NCBI GenBank assembly: GCA_004431415.1
Contig: QPMI01000050.1
Coordinates: 1 to 64,000 of the forward strand
Direction: 5' to 3'
DNA: 64,000 nt
DNA from: Cyanophora paradoxa CCMP329
Lineage: Eukaryota > Plantae > Glaucophyta
Shown here: piece after piece, positions 47,240 through 58,871 of the stretch
Layout: each line of letters starts with the position of its first letter
How positions within the stretch are numbered: the stretch's first letter is position 1
Translations under genes and position numbers: made by a program
Notes under the pieces: generated by a model
What the model saw: only the letters and a program-made list of their open reading frames with translations
Told to the model about the DNA's origin: nothing
The model's database searches: none

Positions 47240-49171
47240 ATGGACCTCGCCGGCTACGATGCACTGAACCGGGCGCCCCCAGCAGTGCGGAAGGGACTCG
47301 ACCCGCTCGGGGGCCCCAGGGACCCTCTACGTGATCCTCTGGGTCCAAGAGACCCTCTGGCGCCCCGGGACCCGTTGGCGCCCCGTGCTGCAGGCGATTT
47401 GGCGGGGCTGCCTCCGGTTCGAGGCCAAACGGGGGGCAGCGGTGGCAATCGCCTCCCAGCGCTGGGCGGCGATTTCGACGATGTCAGGCCACCGCGCCCA
47501 CAAGCATACGACGATAGCTACATGAGGGCGCCAGCCGCGAGTGATCCGCGATCCGTTTCTCCCTCTCGGCCGTCTCGCCCGGTAATCGCCCATCTTTCAC
47601 GAGACACGTTCATCCCCAGTCGCTGACAGTGTGATCCGTGCAGCAGCAGGACTTGATTGCGGGCGACCGCAGAGCGCCGCCGGCCCCCGTCCCGCCCGCG
47701 CCGGCCCCGCACGCGGGGCACAGCAGCCAGGACGCGTACTCGCGGCCTCTGGACAACAGCATCGGCGGGCGCGATTCGAGAGACGCGTACTCGCGCCCCG
47801 ATCCGATTCCCGTCCGCGACGCGAAGGACGCCAGCGCCCTGCGGATCAAATGCACGGCACGCGCCCGCCCGCCCCCGGCCCCGCGCGCCCGCCCTCGCGC
47901 CCGCTCGCCGCGGCTCAAGCCCGCTCGCTTCAGGTGTCGGGCGAGTTCGACCGGACGTCGGTGGGCGGCCCCGAGGCGAAGCACATCATGGGGGTCAACC
48001 CGCAGTTCCTGCTGCGCGCGCGCATGCCCACCAAGATCGCAATCCACCTGTGCTACCCTTCCTTCCCTTCCCATATTCGTGGACCCAGGCTTATCCGAGA
48101 CCGCGCTCGCAGGAAGCTGAACCGGCGGGCGACCAAGGTCGGGCTCATCCTCCTCCGCGCCACGAACCGCGTCATGATCCTCGACGACGACATGTGCGCA
48201 CATGTCGTACCCCCCAAAACTTCAACCCCCCTCTGATAAATTAACAACGGAACAGCACGCTGGATGCCTTCATGGGCTCCGGGGACTCGGCGACGCTGGA
48301 GTACAGCGTGCGAGACCAGGACAGGGACCACCTCGTCCTCCTCCCGCTCGCCACGGAGGAGGCCTCGTTCTCCCTGACGATCCTCTCCGAGGTAGGGCCG
48401 GGTCCCACCTGCTCCGCTTTCTCTCGCGGTTTCAGCGGTTCTTAAGCAGCCGTGCGGCAGGTGCGCGTCGAGGTGGAGCCGATCCCAGAGGTCCAGCCGC
48501 CCCCGGCCCCCGCCTCGCGGGCCCCCGCCGGGTTCGACGCGAACGCGGAGGTGCTCCAGCCGGTGGGCCAGAACCTCTCCAGCGTGTACAATTCGGGGTA
48601 CCGCGTCGAGCTGCCCCCGGCCGACCCGCGCGCGGACGACTACCGGCAGCAGGCGCTCCAGGGCGTCCAGCAGCAACAGAGGGGCCACTCGTACGCCCCG
48701 CCGGCGGTGCACAGCCTCCCGGAGCCCGGCGGCGGGCACGGCGGGCCGAGGCCGCATGAGGCGCACCCGCAGCCGCAGCCGCACGGGGACGCCTCGGCGA
48801 TCGCCCGCATGGAGGCGGAGATCCGGCAGCTCCGCGAGGTCGTCTTCAAGCAGAGCGAGCTCATCGGGGACCTGGCGAAGAGCCTGAAGCACAGCGACGC
48901 CTCCGGCGGGGGCGGGGGCGAGCAGTCCCGTCGCTGGTTCAAGGGCTCCGGGGGCAACCGGACGGCGCCCTCCTCGGAGGGCCACGAGCGGCACGAGCAC
49001 GAGCGCGAGCACAGCCGGGAGCACAGCCGCGACCGCGGGCACGATCGCGACGGCCACGGGGGCGGCCACGGGCACCACGGGCACCACAGCAAGAACGAGG
49101 ACAGCCGGCACGGCAACGAGACGCCGGCGCCCTCCTCCAAGGGCGGCTCGAAGGCCTGCGTCATCTCCTAG
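47240..49171 (+). CDS. Hypothetical protein with calpain domain III (C2-like) similarity
   Basis: GEFDRTSVGG..NPQFLL..IAIHL..VGLILL..LVLLP..FSLTILSE; His-rich tail. Confidence 0.55.
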
Positions 49172-49519
49172 GGATCGAGCCAACTAGATCTAGATCTAGC
49201 TAGCGCTCTGCAGCCGCGGCTGCAGCTGGTGGTAGCTTATATCCGGGCGCCGCCCGGGCCCCGGCCCGACCCCGCGCTCGCGCGTGCGCGCGCGCGTCTT
49301 TTACTTTATTGTAACGTGTGTGCATCCCCGTACCGGTATGTCTCCATGCAGTGTACGACATTCGAATACGCGAATTCGAAATTCGCATTGCACACACTCA
49401 GAAAAATGACCCAAGCACGCAAAATTAAACTAGAACGTGTACGTATACGACATCGATGATGATTGTGCGGGGATACAGAACGAGGGCTCCGCTCTAGCCG
49501 CAGACAGCTACGGCCACGC

Positions 49520-51977
49520 CTACTTGAGGAGGTGCTCGCGCATGGGGATGACGAGCTGGTCGTCGTCGGTGATGGAGACGCGGTGGAGGCGCCCCTTGAA
49601 CTTGTACTCCACGACGAGGAACTTCGGCTTCTCGGGCGCCGGGTCGTAGAAGCCCAGCAGCGAGGCCTTCGAGCCGGGGTACAGGTGCAGCTGGCTGTTC
49701 TCCACGAGGTTCATGCAGGGGACCGTGACGTCGATGCGCTCCTCGGAGGCGCCGGCGGCGGGGTCGTTGAGGTCGCCGTGGAGGTGCCCGTAGATGGCGC
49801 GCTCGATGACGAGCCCGCGGACGCTCTCCTCGCGCCGCCGCTTCTGCTCCACCGAGTCTTCCATGAGCTTTACCGCGACCTGCGCCTCCCGCTTCGCCTC
49901 GCCCGACGAGGAGGGCGCCGGCTCCGCCGCCTTCGCCTTCTTCGCCATGTGCGCCCGCTTCATCGGCTGCGGGGCGCGCGGATCGGACGGAAGAAGGCGC
50001 AGCGGCGGCGGAGGCGCGGGCGCGCGCACCGCCAGCACTGTCTTCTTGACGAGGGCGGCGAGGGCGGCGGGGACGAGCAGGCCTCCCGCGATCGCCAGGG
50101 GCGCCAGCTGGCTCGAGATGTAGACCTGCGGGGGGTACGTGAGGCTCGGGCGGGGAGGCGTTGGCCGGGGGGTACGGGGCGCACGGGGAAGATGAACCGA
50201 GAGCCGCCCCGGACGAACCTGCGCGGGGCGGGCTCGGCTCGGGGCGAGCAGGGGGCGGGGAGGGGTACGGCGGCGGCGCACTTGAGCTTCGCGGAGACGC
50301 CGCCCATGCCGCAGACGAGGGAGTAGGAGACGGAGGTGCGGGGGCTGAGCTGCCGAGAGCCGCCCGTCTCGATCTCGACGCCCCGCAGGTTCAGCTTCAG
50401 GCCTGCCGGGGCGCGAGCGCGTCGGTCGGTCGGTCGGGATCGCACGCCGGTCCCGCGGGAGGCGCCGGAGGGCGGGGGCGGGCGGGCGGGCGGGGGAGCC
50501 GGACCGATCATGACGGCGGATAGCCGCGAGATCAGCCTGTTGTATTTGAACGCCGTACCCATCGCCAGCGCGCCGAGCTGCCCCGCGCTCGAGTGAGCCG
50601 TGCGGGGGGCGGCGGCGGCGAGCGTGCGGCTCGGTCGGGTGGGGCGCGCGCCTTCATCACAGCGTTGAGCTGGCTCTGGATGGATCGGCGCGAGTACGAG
50701 AGGGAGAGGCCTGCGCACGGAGCGCGGGGAGTCCTTCAGAGGACGCCCAATCCAATCCCAAGCGCCAGCCAGCCGGCCGGCCGGCCAGTCGAGCGGGGCG
50801 CACCGGCGCCGTTGCCGACGGTGAAGGACCAGGTCCCCGAGGTGCTCTCGCCCAGCTGCCGGATGGCCACGACCGTCATGCCGATGCCGTTGCCGAACGT
50901 CACGAGGAACTGGCCGACGCTGCGGGGCGGGCGGGGGCGGCTCAAATCAAATCACAGGTACGCGAGGAGCGGATGCGGGCGGGCGGGCGGGCGGGCCTGT
51001 GGAGGGACAGGTTGCGCTGGCCCTTAAAGCTGAAGCCACTGGCGAGGCGGGACCACGTGACGGTGACCTCGCCGTGCGAGCTGCGCCCGAACTGCCGCCG
51101 GTACGTCGACTGCAGGCTGTGCATCCCGTCCGAGTTCTTGTCGTTCATCACGCCCGCCCCGAGGATCAGCAGGTCCCTCCTAGAGATCGGCATCTGGACG
51201 TCGAGCTCCGCGCTCGAGCGGGTCACGATCGGCGCCCCCTTCCTCGCGTCCAGACTCAGCGTGAAAGTCCCGTGCTGGTTGAGCCGAGCCTCCAGCTGTT
51301 GCTCCGCCGCCTTCTGCTCCTTCTCGAGCCGCATCTTAAGGAAGTCGTCCACGCTCAGGTGCGGTCCGACTGCGCGGGCGGCGCGACTGCGTCAGCTTCG
51401 GCGGGCGGACGCGGCTGGCGGCGGGGGCGGGGGCGGCGGCGGCACCTTCCATGCCCGCCTTCAGGCCGTCTTCACCGAAATGATGTTAGCTACGTCAGCA
51501 TCTGTGGGGCGCGGCGGTCCGCACCGTGGCCGAAGCGGTCGTAAAGCTCGCGGCGGTTGGCTAGCGCAGGCTTTAGCTGAGGGAGCAAGCTCGAGGGGGC
51601 GCACGCACGATCGGAGAGCACGCCATACGCATACTGGATCTTGTGGAACTCCGCAGTGGCGAGCTCCTTCTTCTGCTCGTCTAGGTGCCTGCGCGAGGAT
51701 CGACCAAGAGGCATGTATACAGAGCGAACCGCGCTTCACCTGTCGGGGTGGTGCGACAGGACGATCCTCCTGTACGCAGCTTTGAGCTCGTCCGCCGTGG
51801 CTGCGCGGAGGCGCGCCTCGTTAGCTAGGAGCGCTCGAGCAGTGGAGCGGCGCACCATCCTTTCGGACGCCGAGGACGTCGTACAGATCCTTTGGGTGCG
51901 CGCCGGGCTCAGGCAAAGCGATTCGCAGTGATCCGCGGCGCGGACTGACGCACCTTCTCTTGCGCAGCGCCCGTCAT
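49520..51977 (-). CDS. DNAJC11: DnaJ homolog subfamily C member 11-like
   Basis: J domain DLYDVLGV..ELKAAYRR..HHPD..YDRFG. C-terminal DUF3395-like LVIERAIYG..IDVTVP..SKASLLGFYDP..LVVEYKF. Confidence 0.88.
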
Positions 51978-52513
51978 ATCGCGGGTCCGCGCCGCGTCTC
52001 CTCAACGAGCAGCCACGGCAGCGAACTCCGATTCTGCAGCTACACAGCCAGAAAAAGAAAACCGAGGAGGCCCGCTTGATGACTCGAGGTCTGCTCTTCT
52101 CGCTCTGTACCCGGCCAAGCTAGACCCCACAACTTGCCGCAGTGCCAATTGCAAGCTTTGAAGGCGCTTAAGCTTTAATTTGCAACGTTAACGTTAACGC
52201 CTGAGCTTATTGTCAACTCCGTGACATTGTAGCGAGCTTCTCACGTCAGCTCTGAACCTTAACACCCTCAGTTCGAACTGAAAGTCAGTTCGAACAATTG
52301 CAAGGTCAGCAAGATGTTACCACAACATCGAATCAAAGAATTGAACACGTTAGAATCGAAGTGAGAGCGGGAGAGTTAAAGCAACATTTTTTAGCATTGA
52401 ATACATGCATGTACAATCAATCTTCTTAACTGCAATCTAAATACTGCCAACTAGTACTCTCTGCGATTGGGTGGATGCGGGAAAAATGAGAAAAAGCTCA
52501 TGATAGCGGATGC

Positions 52514-53859
52514 TCAAAGCATCGAATCCTCAGAGAATGAAACACGAGAGAAGTCTTCTAGCAAGATCTGGGTCAACAGAAAGGTCAGAGATGCACTGAA
52601 AGTCAGGGGGTGGAACAAAGGCACCTCCTCATCAGCTTCAGCAGAGCAGTCGCAATGTATGCTGGGCATCTCGTCGGAATACGTGGCTGTGTGCACATCC
52701 TCTGCCCACTCCTCTTGCAAGGATATTGCTGCTGCAAGCTGCTTGCTGATAGCACTCGACAGCTTGACAATGCCTGCTCTTTGTGCTACCTTCACAGCAT
52801 CCTGAGGAGCCGGAGGCTGCGGGCCTTCTTCCACCGCCTTGCTGACTTCCTGCGAGCAGCAAACATCAAACCACGTTATTGATCATGCATTGCTATAGTC
52901 CTGTGTAAAGAGTTCGCACCGCTACTGGTGCCGGAGCGGCAGCCTGCAACAGATCAAAGAATCAGTGCACCTTCAGGATACTAAGACAATGAAAAGACGA
53001 AGACCGACCGCTGCAGGCTTCGGCGGATTCGCTTTTGCTGCCTCGGCTGCTGCTAGTTCATGGTAGTGTGGGAAGTATGACTCTTCCTCGAACAGGTACA
53101 GCATCGCCTTCTTGTACTCATCACACGATATCAAGCCATCTGAAGTCGTCATGTCGGGGTCGGGCGAGTCTGTGCGGGCGTGAGCGAACTTCCACGGGCA
53201 AGCGTGGCAAGGCACACCAAACATGTTGCCGAAACTCTTTGCCGTCTCCGCCGCATCCTCGGCGGAGAGTTTGTGCGCTGCAGGATGTCTGAGCGATGTC
53301 GCTCACAGGCAAGCTGAGCGCAGCGCACCCTGCAGCAGCTGGAGGAGCGTCTCCGGCATGAAGGTCTGCACATGATTCTCGAAGACCTCGCCAGCGTGCT
53401 CCTCGAGAAACTCGCGAGCAGGCCGCCCTGCGCAGGCCGCGCGCGTGAGGCCGCCGCAGTCCGCCCGCCGAGCTGCAACCGACGGACGGGGCACGCGAAC
53501 CTCGCGGGTCGGCCGGCATGTACGACGCCTCATGCGCCTCTAGCTTGCCAGCGTCGAACAGCCCTAAGCAGCACTGGATAAACTGCGGCGCCGCGCGTCA
53601 GCAAAGACCTGGCGTTACCTTGGAGCTCGGTCCGCACCTCGCCCTTATCCATAATGTTCACCTCGCCGCTGGAGTTCAGGGCATTATCGGCCGCTAGGTC
53701 TGACGCCTCATCCGCCGAAAAGCCAAACGCCGCGACCAGCACTTCATCAAGCTCGTCCACGACGATGGCCTTGCCGCCGGCAGTCAGGCAGTCACGCTCC
53801 AGATCGGCCTCGAACATCTCCAGCGCCGTCGGCGTCGTCTTCGGTGCCGCCGCCGCCAT
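52514..53859 (-). CDS. Hypothetical host protein, possible EF-hand-like segment
   Basis: Exon-like frames from ATG 53859; DMTTSDGLISCDEY loop. 3' end uncertain. Confidence 0.45.
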
Positions 53860-54348
53860 GTCTGCTGTCAGAGACTGCTGAAGGAAGGGGGGTACGCTGA
53901 CGTCGACGTTATCACTTCGCGAGGGCGCCGGCTGACTCAGTGAGGAATTCGAAGTTGACGTCGGCGGCCCGGCTAACGCTTTAGTGATAGCTATGTATGG
54001 GCTCCGCTATGGCTTCAAATTCGGCTGTATACGTACATGCATCGTGAACTTTACGGCAATATTGCTGGCTGGCAATATTAATGGCGCTGGCAATATTAAT
54101 GGCGCCGCCGCGCGCGGCGCCGGCGCCCGCGGCCGGGCCGACTGCGAACGTCGGAACGTCGGACTCTCCGGGACGGCTCAGCGGCTAGTCGCCTCATGAT
54201 CAGGGTCTGGGCATGGCGCGGACGAGCACCCCAGGGCCCCGGCCCCGGCCCCCGGGCCCGCGCGGCGGCGCGGCGGCCTGATAGGAATTATATTATTTAT
54301 TTATATAATTATATAAATACTTATAACTATGGGCCTCGGCGGCCTGGC

Positions 54349-56494
54349 CTACAGGAGTGCCTCGTGGTGGGCCGCCGCCGCCCCCTCCACGGCGGCCGCC
54401 GCGTCCATCTCGAACGAGTACGCCGCCTCCGCTCCCTGCGCGCCGTCCGCCTCCGGCCCCTGCGGGCGCGAACGGGCCCCTCGGGTTCGGATCGGGCCGG
54501 AGAGCTTAAGCGGGGGTACAGGGGCGCACGTCGACGGCGAACGCGGCGTCGTCGGCGCCGAGGGTGTCGGCCTCCGCGGCGGTGTAGGCGCTGACGGCGA
54601 CTGCGTTGGAGTCCTCGTCGACCTGCCGGCGGCGGCGGCGGCGGGGGGGCGCAGGGGGACGGGTATCGCGTCACGTCAGCGAAGGGGGGTGGGCCGGCCG
54701 AGGGGTACGTAGCCCTGGGCACGCGGCTCGCCTGGAACACGACCCTGAGGCCGCCGGAGTTGCCGCCAGCATTCCCGCCCTTAATAAGCTGCACCGGAAC
54801 TTCTCAGTGAGCGCCGTACGATGGTCCCGGAGTCCTCACTCAGGGGGGGGGGGGCACCTTGCCCTGCTCCTCGTAGTCCCTGATCCTGTCCAGGACGCGC
54901 TGGGCCGCTTCCTGGGCCTTCTGCAGCTGCTCCGGGTACGACCCCGCCGGCTGCTCCACGGGGGGATGAGCGCCCGCTTCTCGGTGGTGGTGGGGGGGGG
55001 AACCGCACCTTCGAGAAGCGATCCCACTCGCGCCCCACGTCGCTGTCGCCGCCGACCCCGCGAGTGACTGCGCCGCGCTCTCTCTTCAAAAGATGCACGC
55101 TTGTGCCGCGCCGGGCGCTGGCGCTGGCGCACGGTTGCCCCAATTGGCCTTCAGAGCCAGAGGCTGCACGTCCTTCTTGAGAGTCGCGCTCATCATGTTC
55201 ATTTTCTGCGATCAAGTCACGGTCACACATACGGCGGGTCTACACATTGCAGGCCGCGCGCACGTCGGAAATCCACTTCGATGCCGCCATATTTTCCATT
55301 ACAACCTGGGGCGGCGTGAGCATGGGGCGAATCCGCGGGGGTACGCTAGTCCTCACCTTCTTCAGTTCACCCGACAACACGTTCTCCGCGTCCGCTTGCT
55401 TCACCGTGAGGCCCGTCGACGGGTCCTTGGGGTTCACGAGCGTGCCGTAGCTGCGGGCCGGGGTACATCGGCGCAGGAGGGCGAAGAGGGGGTACGTGAA
55501 CGCACTTGGGGTACTTGCCCTGGATTGCAGGCTTGTGCGGGGCCCTGCAAGGGAGCGGGCGTTCGACGGTTCGCGATCTGGACGGAAGAAAGGCCCGGGG
55601 CGGGGGCCAGGGGCCAAGTCCACGCACTTGCCCCACAGATACATCTTGTTGTTCGAGACGGCATTGTCGTAGCTGGTCGCCTCGGGGACCGGATCTGCCC
55701 CATAGGTTCGGCATCCCCGAGAGGAGCGTGAGCGAAGGGGAGGCCCGCACCGAGGATTGAAGTGCTGCCGCCGCCTGGCCGCGCCCTCGTCAGGCTGGAA
55801 GGATCCAGGGGGAGACAGGGCAGCCTCGCACCGGTGTGGATCTCGTAGCTCGAGTGCTTCCCGCCGTTTTGGGCAAACCAGTCCTGAGAGGGCCGGTCAG
55901 GTTGGGGCCGCAGGGCGCGGGCAGCAGCACACTGCGCACGGCAGTGGCCTTGCGGGCGGGCTCCGCCTGGCCCATTAGCCGGTCGTCCACCGAGATGCAG
56001 TGGAACTTGCCGCCCAGCTTCACGGCCTGCGAGGCGCCGGCGCTTCAACGCCACAGCATCCGCGCCTGTGGCAGGGAAACTTTTGCCTTCCACGGATAGC
56101 CGTCGTCGAGAGGGCAGCACATCTGCGAGGCGCATTCGCGGCGAGCCCGGGTCGTTCACGGTGCAATCCGCTCACCTTGCCCTGTTCAACGTCGACGCCG
56201 GATTGCGACTCGTAAGCAGAAACCAGCTTGTAGATCTGCGCAATCATTAGGCGGAATCAACGCGTACGATTCCAGGTTAGACGGGATGCGAGTGGGACGC
56301 GCATGCTGGACAGGCGGTGCGAGAATGTCCGTCTTGGGCAAGCACCCGGAGACCTCCAGATTCCCGTGCGTGCCCGCCGAGCGTGGCATCTCGACGCGTG
56401 CGAGCGCGCCATGCCGAGGGCGCTGCATGTCGAAGTCGCCATTGCCACCCATGCTGGGAGCCGGCGCCTCTGGCAAACGGTGCATGCTTAACAT
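54349..56494 (-). CDS. Hypothetical multi-exon host protein
   Basis: Codon-biased exons separated by short introns. A spliced EIHTGGGSTSIL weakly resembles an ASKHA phosphate-2 loop. Confidence 0.45.
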
Positions 56495-57340
56495 CTTGGC
56501 GTAGCCTCGGGATGGCTATACGGGAACCCGGCTGCAACCGGCAAAGTCAGCTCATCGAACGGCAACCCAGACAACACGGCAACACTCTGGTCACGGTAAA
56601 ATAGAGTCCAAGGAGTCTCCGAACCTGGCGAACTTGGCGCGCGGCCTGCGAACTTGGGGTAAAGTTTTGATTACCACATGAGGGGTACACGCCGTGACGT
56701 CATGCCACGGTGCATGCACATGCAATATGTACAGCTCTAGATCTAGAAGTACTAGTTGCCGAAGTTAACGTGCTATATATAAGCCTTGAAGTTTTTTAAA
56801 ACGTTACGGAGTCAAATTTTAAAGCCTTGCCGGGCCCGGGGTCTTTTGAAGTCTCAGCTAGCGCTGCATGCGCATACGCAGCGCTAGCTGCAGCCTGGCA
56901 GCTGCAGGCCTATAGCTAGCTATAGGGGTCTCACGGTCTTAAGCTTTATAAGCTTGAAGCCTTGCCGCAGTATATCGATATCATATCATAGTATCGATCA
57001 GTGTGTGCATATGCATATATGATCATGCATACGCATGCTCATGCATATGATCAAGCTTGAGCTTGAGCTCATTCGCATGCGCATGTAACTTTGGAAGAAA
57101 ATTGCCTAGCTATAGTAGACGTCGACGTTAACTGTCGAATTCGAACTAATTTGCAAACAGATTCCATATTGCAGCTTTAATCCCCCGGGGCCCTCTAGAA
57201 CTGCTGCAGCAGTGCCACTGTGGGAAGCGAGAGAGAGAGAAACAATCAACATTTCAATTCTCACAAGACTTGGGGAGAGAGATTCTGAGAGAGAGGGAGT
57301 GAGAGAGATGTACACTATACATGAAACGCGCGAAGAGCAG

Positions 57341-58708
57341 CTAGTGTGCAGGTGTGCTAGAACCAGCCTGCTGGAGGTTGGAGCCATAGAAGAGACTGGA
57401 CAGGGAGAGGCAGGCGTTGAAGGTGGAGTCTTGTAGATAGTTCAGGCGAGCATCAACCGCCTTCATTTCTTGTTCCAGTTGCTGCACAATAGCATGTATC
57501 TCTGCTTTCCTTTGTCGAAGGGAAAAGACCTCCTGCTGAAGGGAGACAAGGGCTATTGCTGGATCTCCAGAGTCTGCAGCTTCTCCAGTCTGGCCAAGAG
57601 AAGCTATGTGACTATCTCCTGAGATGCCGCTGGCATCCTCAAATGAATGTGTTCCAGAAGATCCCGGCTCTCCTGCGTCCCCTCCGCTGCTCGATGGCTC
57701 TGCTCCATCTGGCTGGCTGGATGTGCTATAAGAAAGCTTCGACGTAGATTCGCGTCCATTGCCGGCCCCAGAGCTCGAGGCTGCATCGTCCTTCTTCTTC
57801 TTATCGCCAGTGCTCTTCTTCTTTTTCTTCTCCTTGTCAGCTGAAGCTGCTGGCTTGGAGTCGTTGATGAACGCCAGCACCTCGTCGACAGGCCTGAGCT
57901 GGATGTCCTTTGGTTCGGGCGCTGTCAGCTGCGGTCGTTTGGAATCCTCCAGCTCCCGCCGCTTCTTTGCATAGAGCTGGTTGAGCAGCCGGACCCTCGC
58001 ATCCTCCAAACCGAACGGGATTGGCGCGTACTGCTCCTCTAGAGAGAGATCATTCTGAATGTTAAAGGTCTCGCGGATCTCTGCTCGGGCGCGCGTAAGC
58101 GGCCTTGCTCACGAGGAGCACGGCGGGAGAGCGTGTGGGGCGGACCGTCTGGATTCTTCCCTTCGATCCTCCGCGCGATTGCTCGGCAAGTGAGGTGGAT
58201 GAGGGCCTTGATGTCCAGCGCATGGGCGCTCGACGCAAGCTCGCAGAGTCGCCCAGTGTCCATCCTCGTGTACTTCTCGTTGAACTGCTTCCTGTGCATC
58301 TCAGAGAGATCCTTCTTTGCGTGGAACTCCAGGAACTCGATGATCTTCTCGAGCGTGCTAGCGTTCACCTGTAGCGGCAGCTCGCGCTCAGCTCCTGCGC
58401 GAACGCCCAGAAGCCAGACGCGAGGCGCACCTTTGGCAGATCAATGCGCTTAGTTGGAGAGCCGTTCTCGAATTCATTGCGGATGTAGGCGGATGCGAAC
58501 GCGGTGCTCGCCGGCAACGTGAAGTCCTGCACGAGGAAGCGGTCGCGCTCGCGCGTACGCGCAAGAGGAGAGTGCGACACACCTTTCCATCGGACGTGCG
58601 CACGAGCACGCTCACGCCTTCGAGGTCGGCCGACTTCGGCACCAGCTCCTTGCACTTCGGCGACGGGCTCCTGCCCGCAACCAGCTCCTTGCACTCGCTA
58701 AGCGCCAT
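57341..58708 (-). CDS. Type II SKP1-like protein (ASK20/21-like)
   Basis: RTSDG, LEKIIEFLEFH, LCELASSAHALDIKALIHLTCRAIARRIEGK, EIRETFNI, DARVRLLNQLYAKKRREL, RPVDEVLAFIN. Confidence 0.88.
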
Positions 58709-58871
58709 CCCGGGCCAAGCTGTGCAGGCGCTGAGCTGCCGCAATGCTCTTTGAGGGGTACACAAACACGAGCCAATTCGAGCCGGAAAGCATACGGACC
58801 AGCTGGAGGCCTAGCGACCGGCTCGGGACGATTTGCTAGCATCGCAGAGTCGCAAAGCGTAGCCGGGCGCG

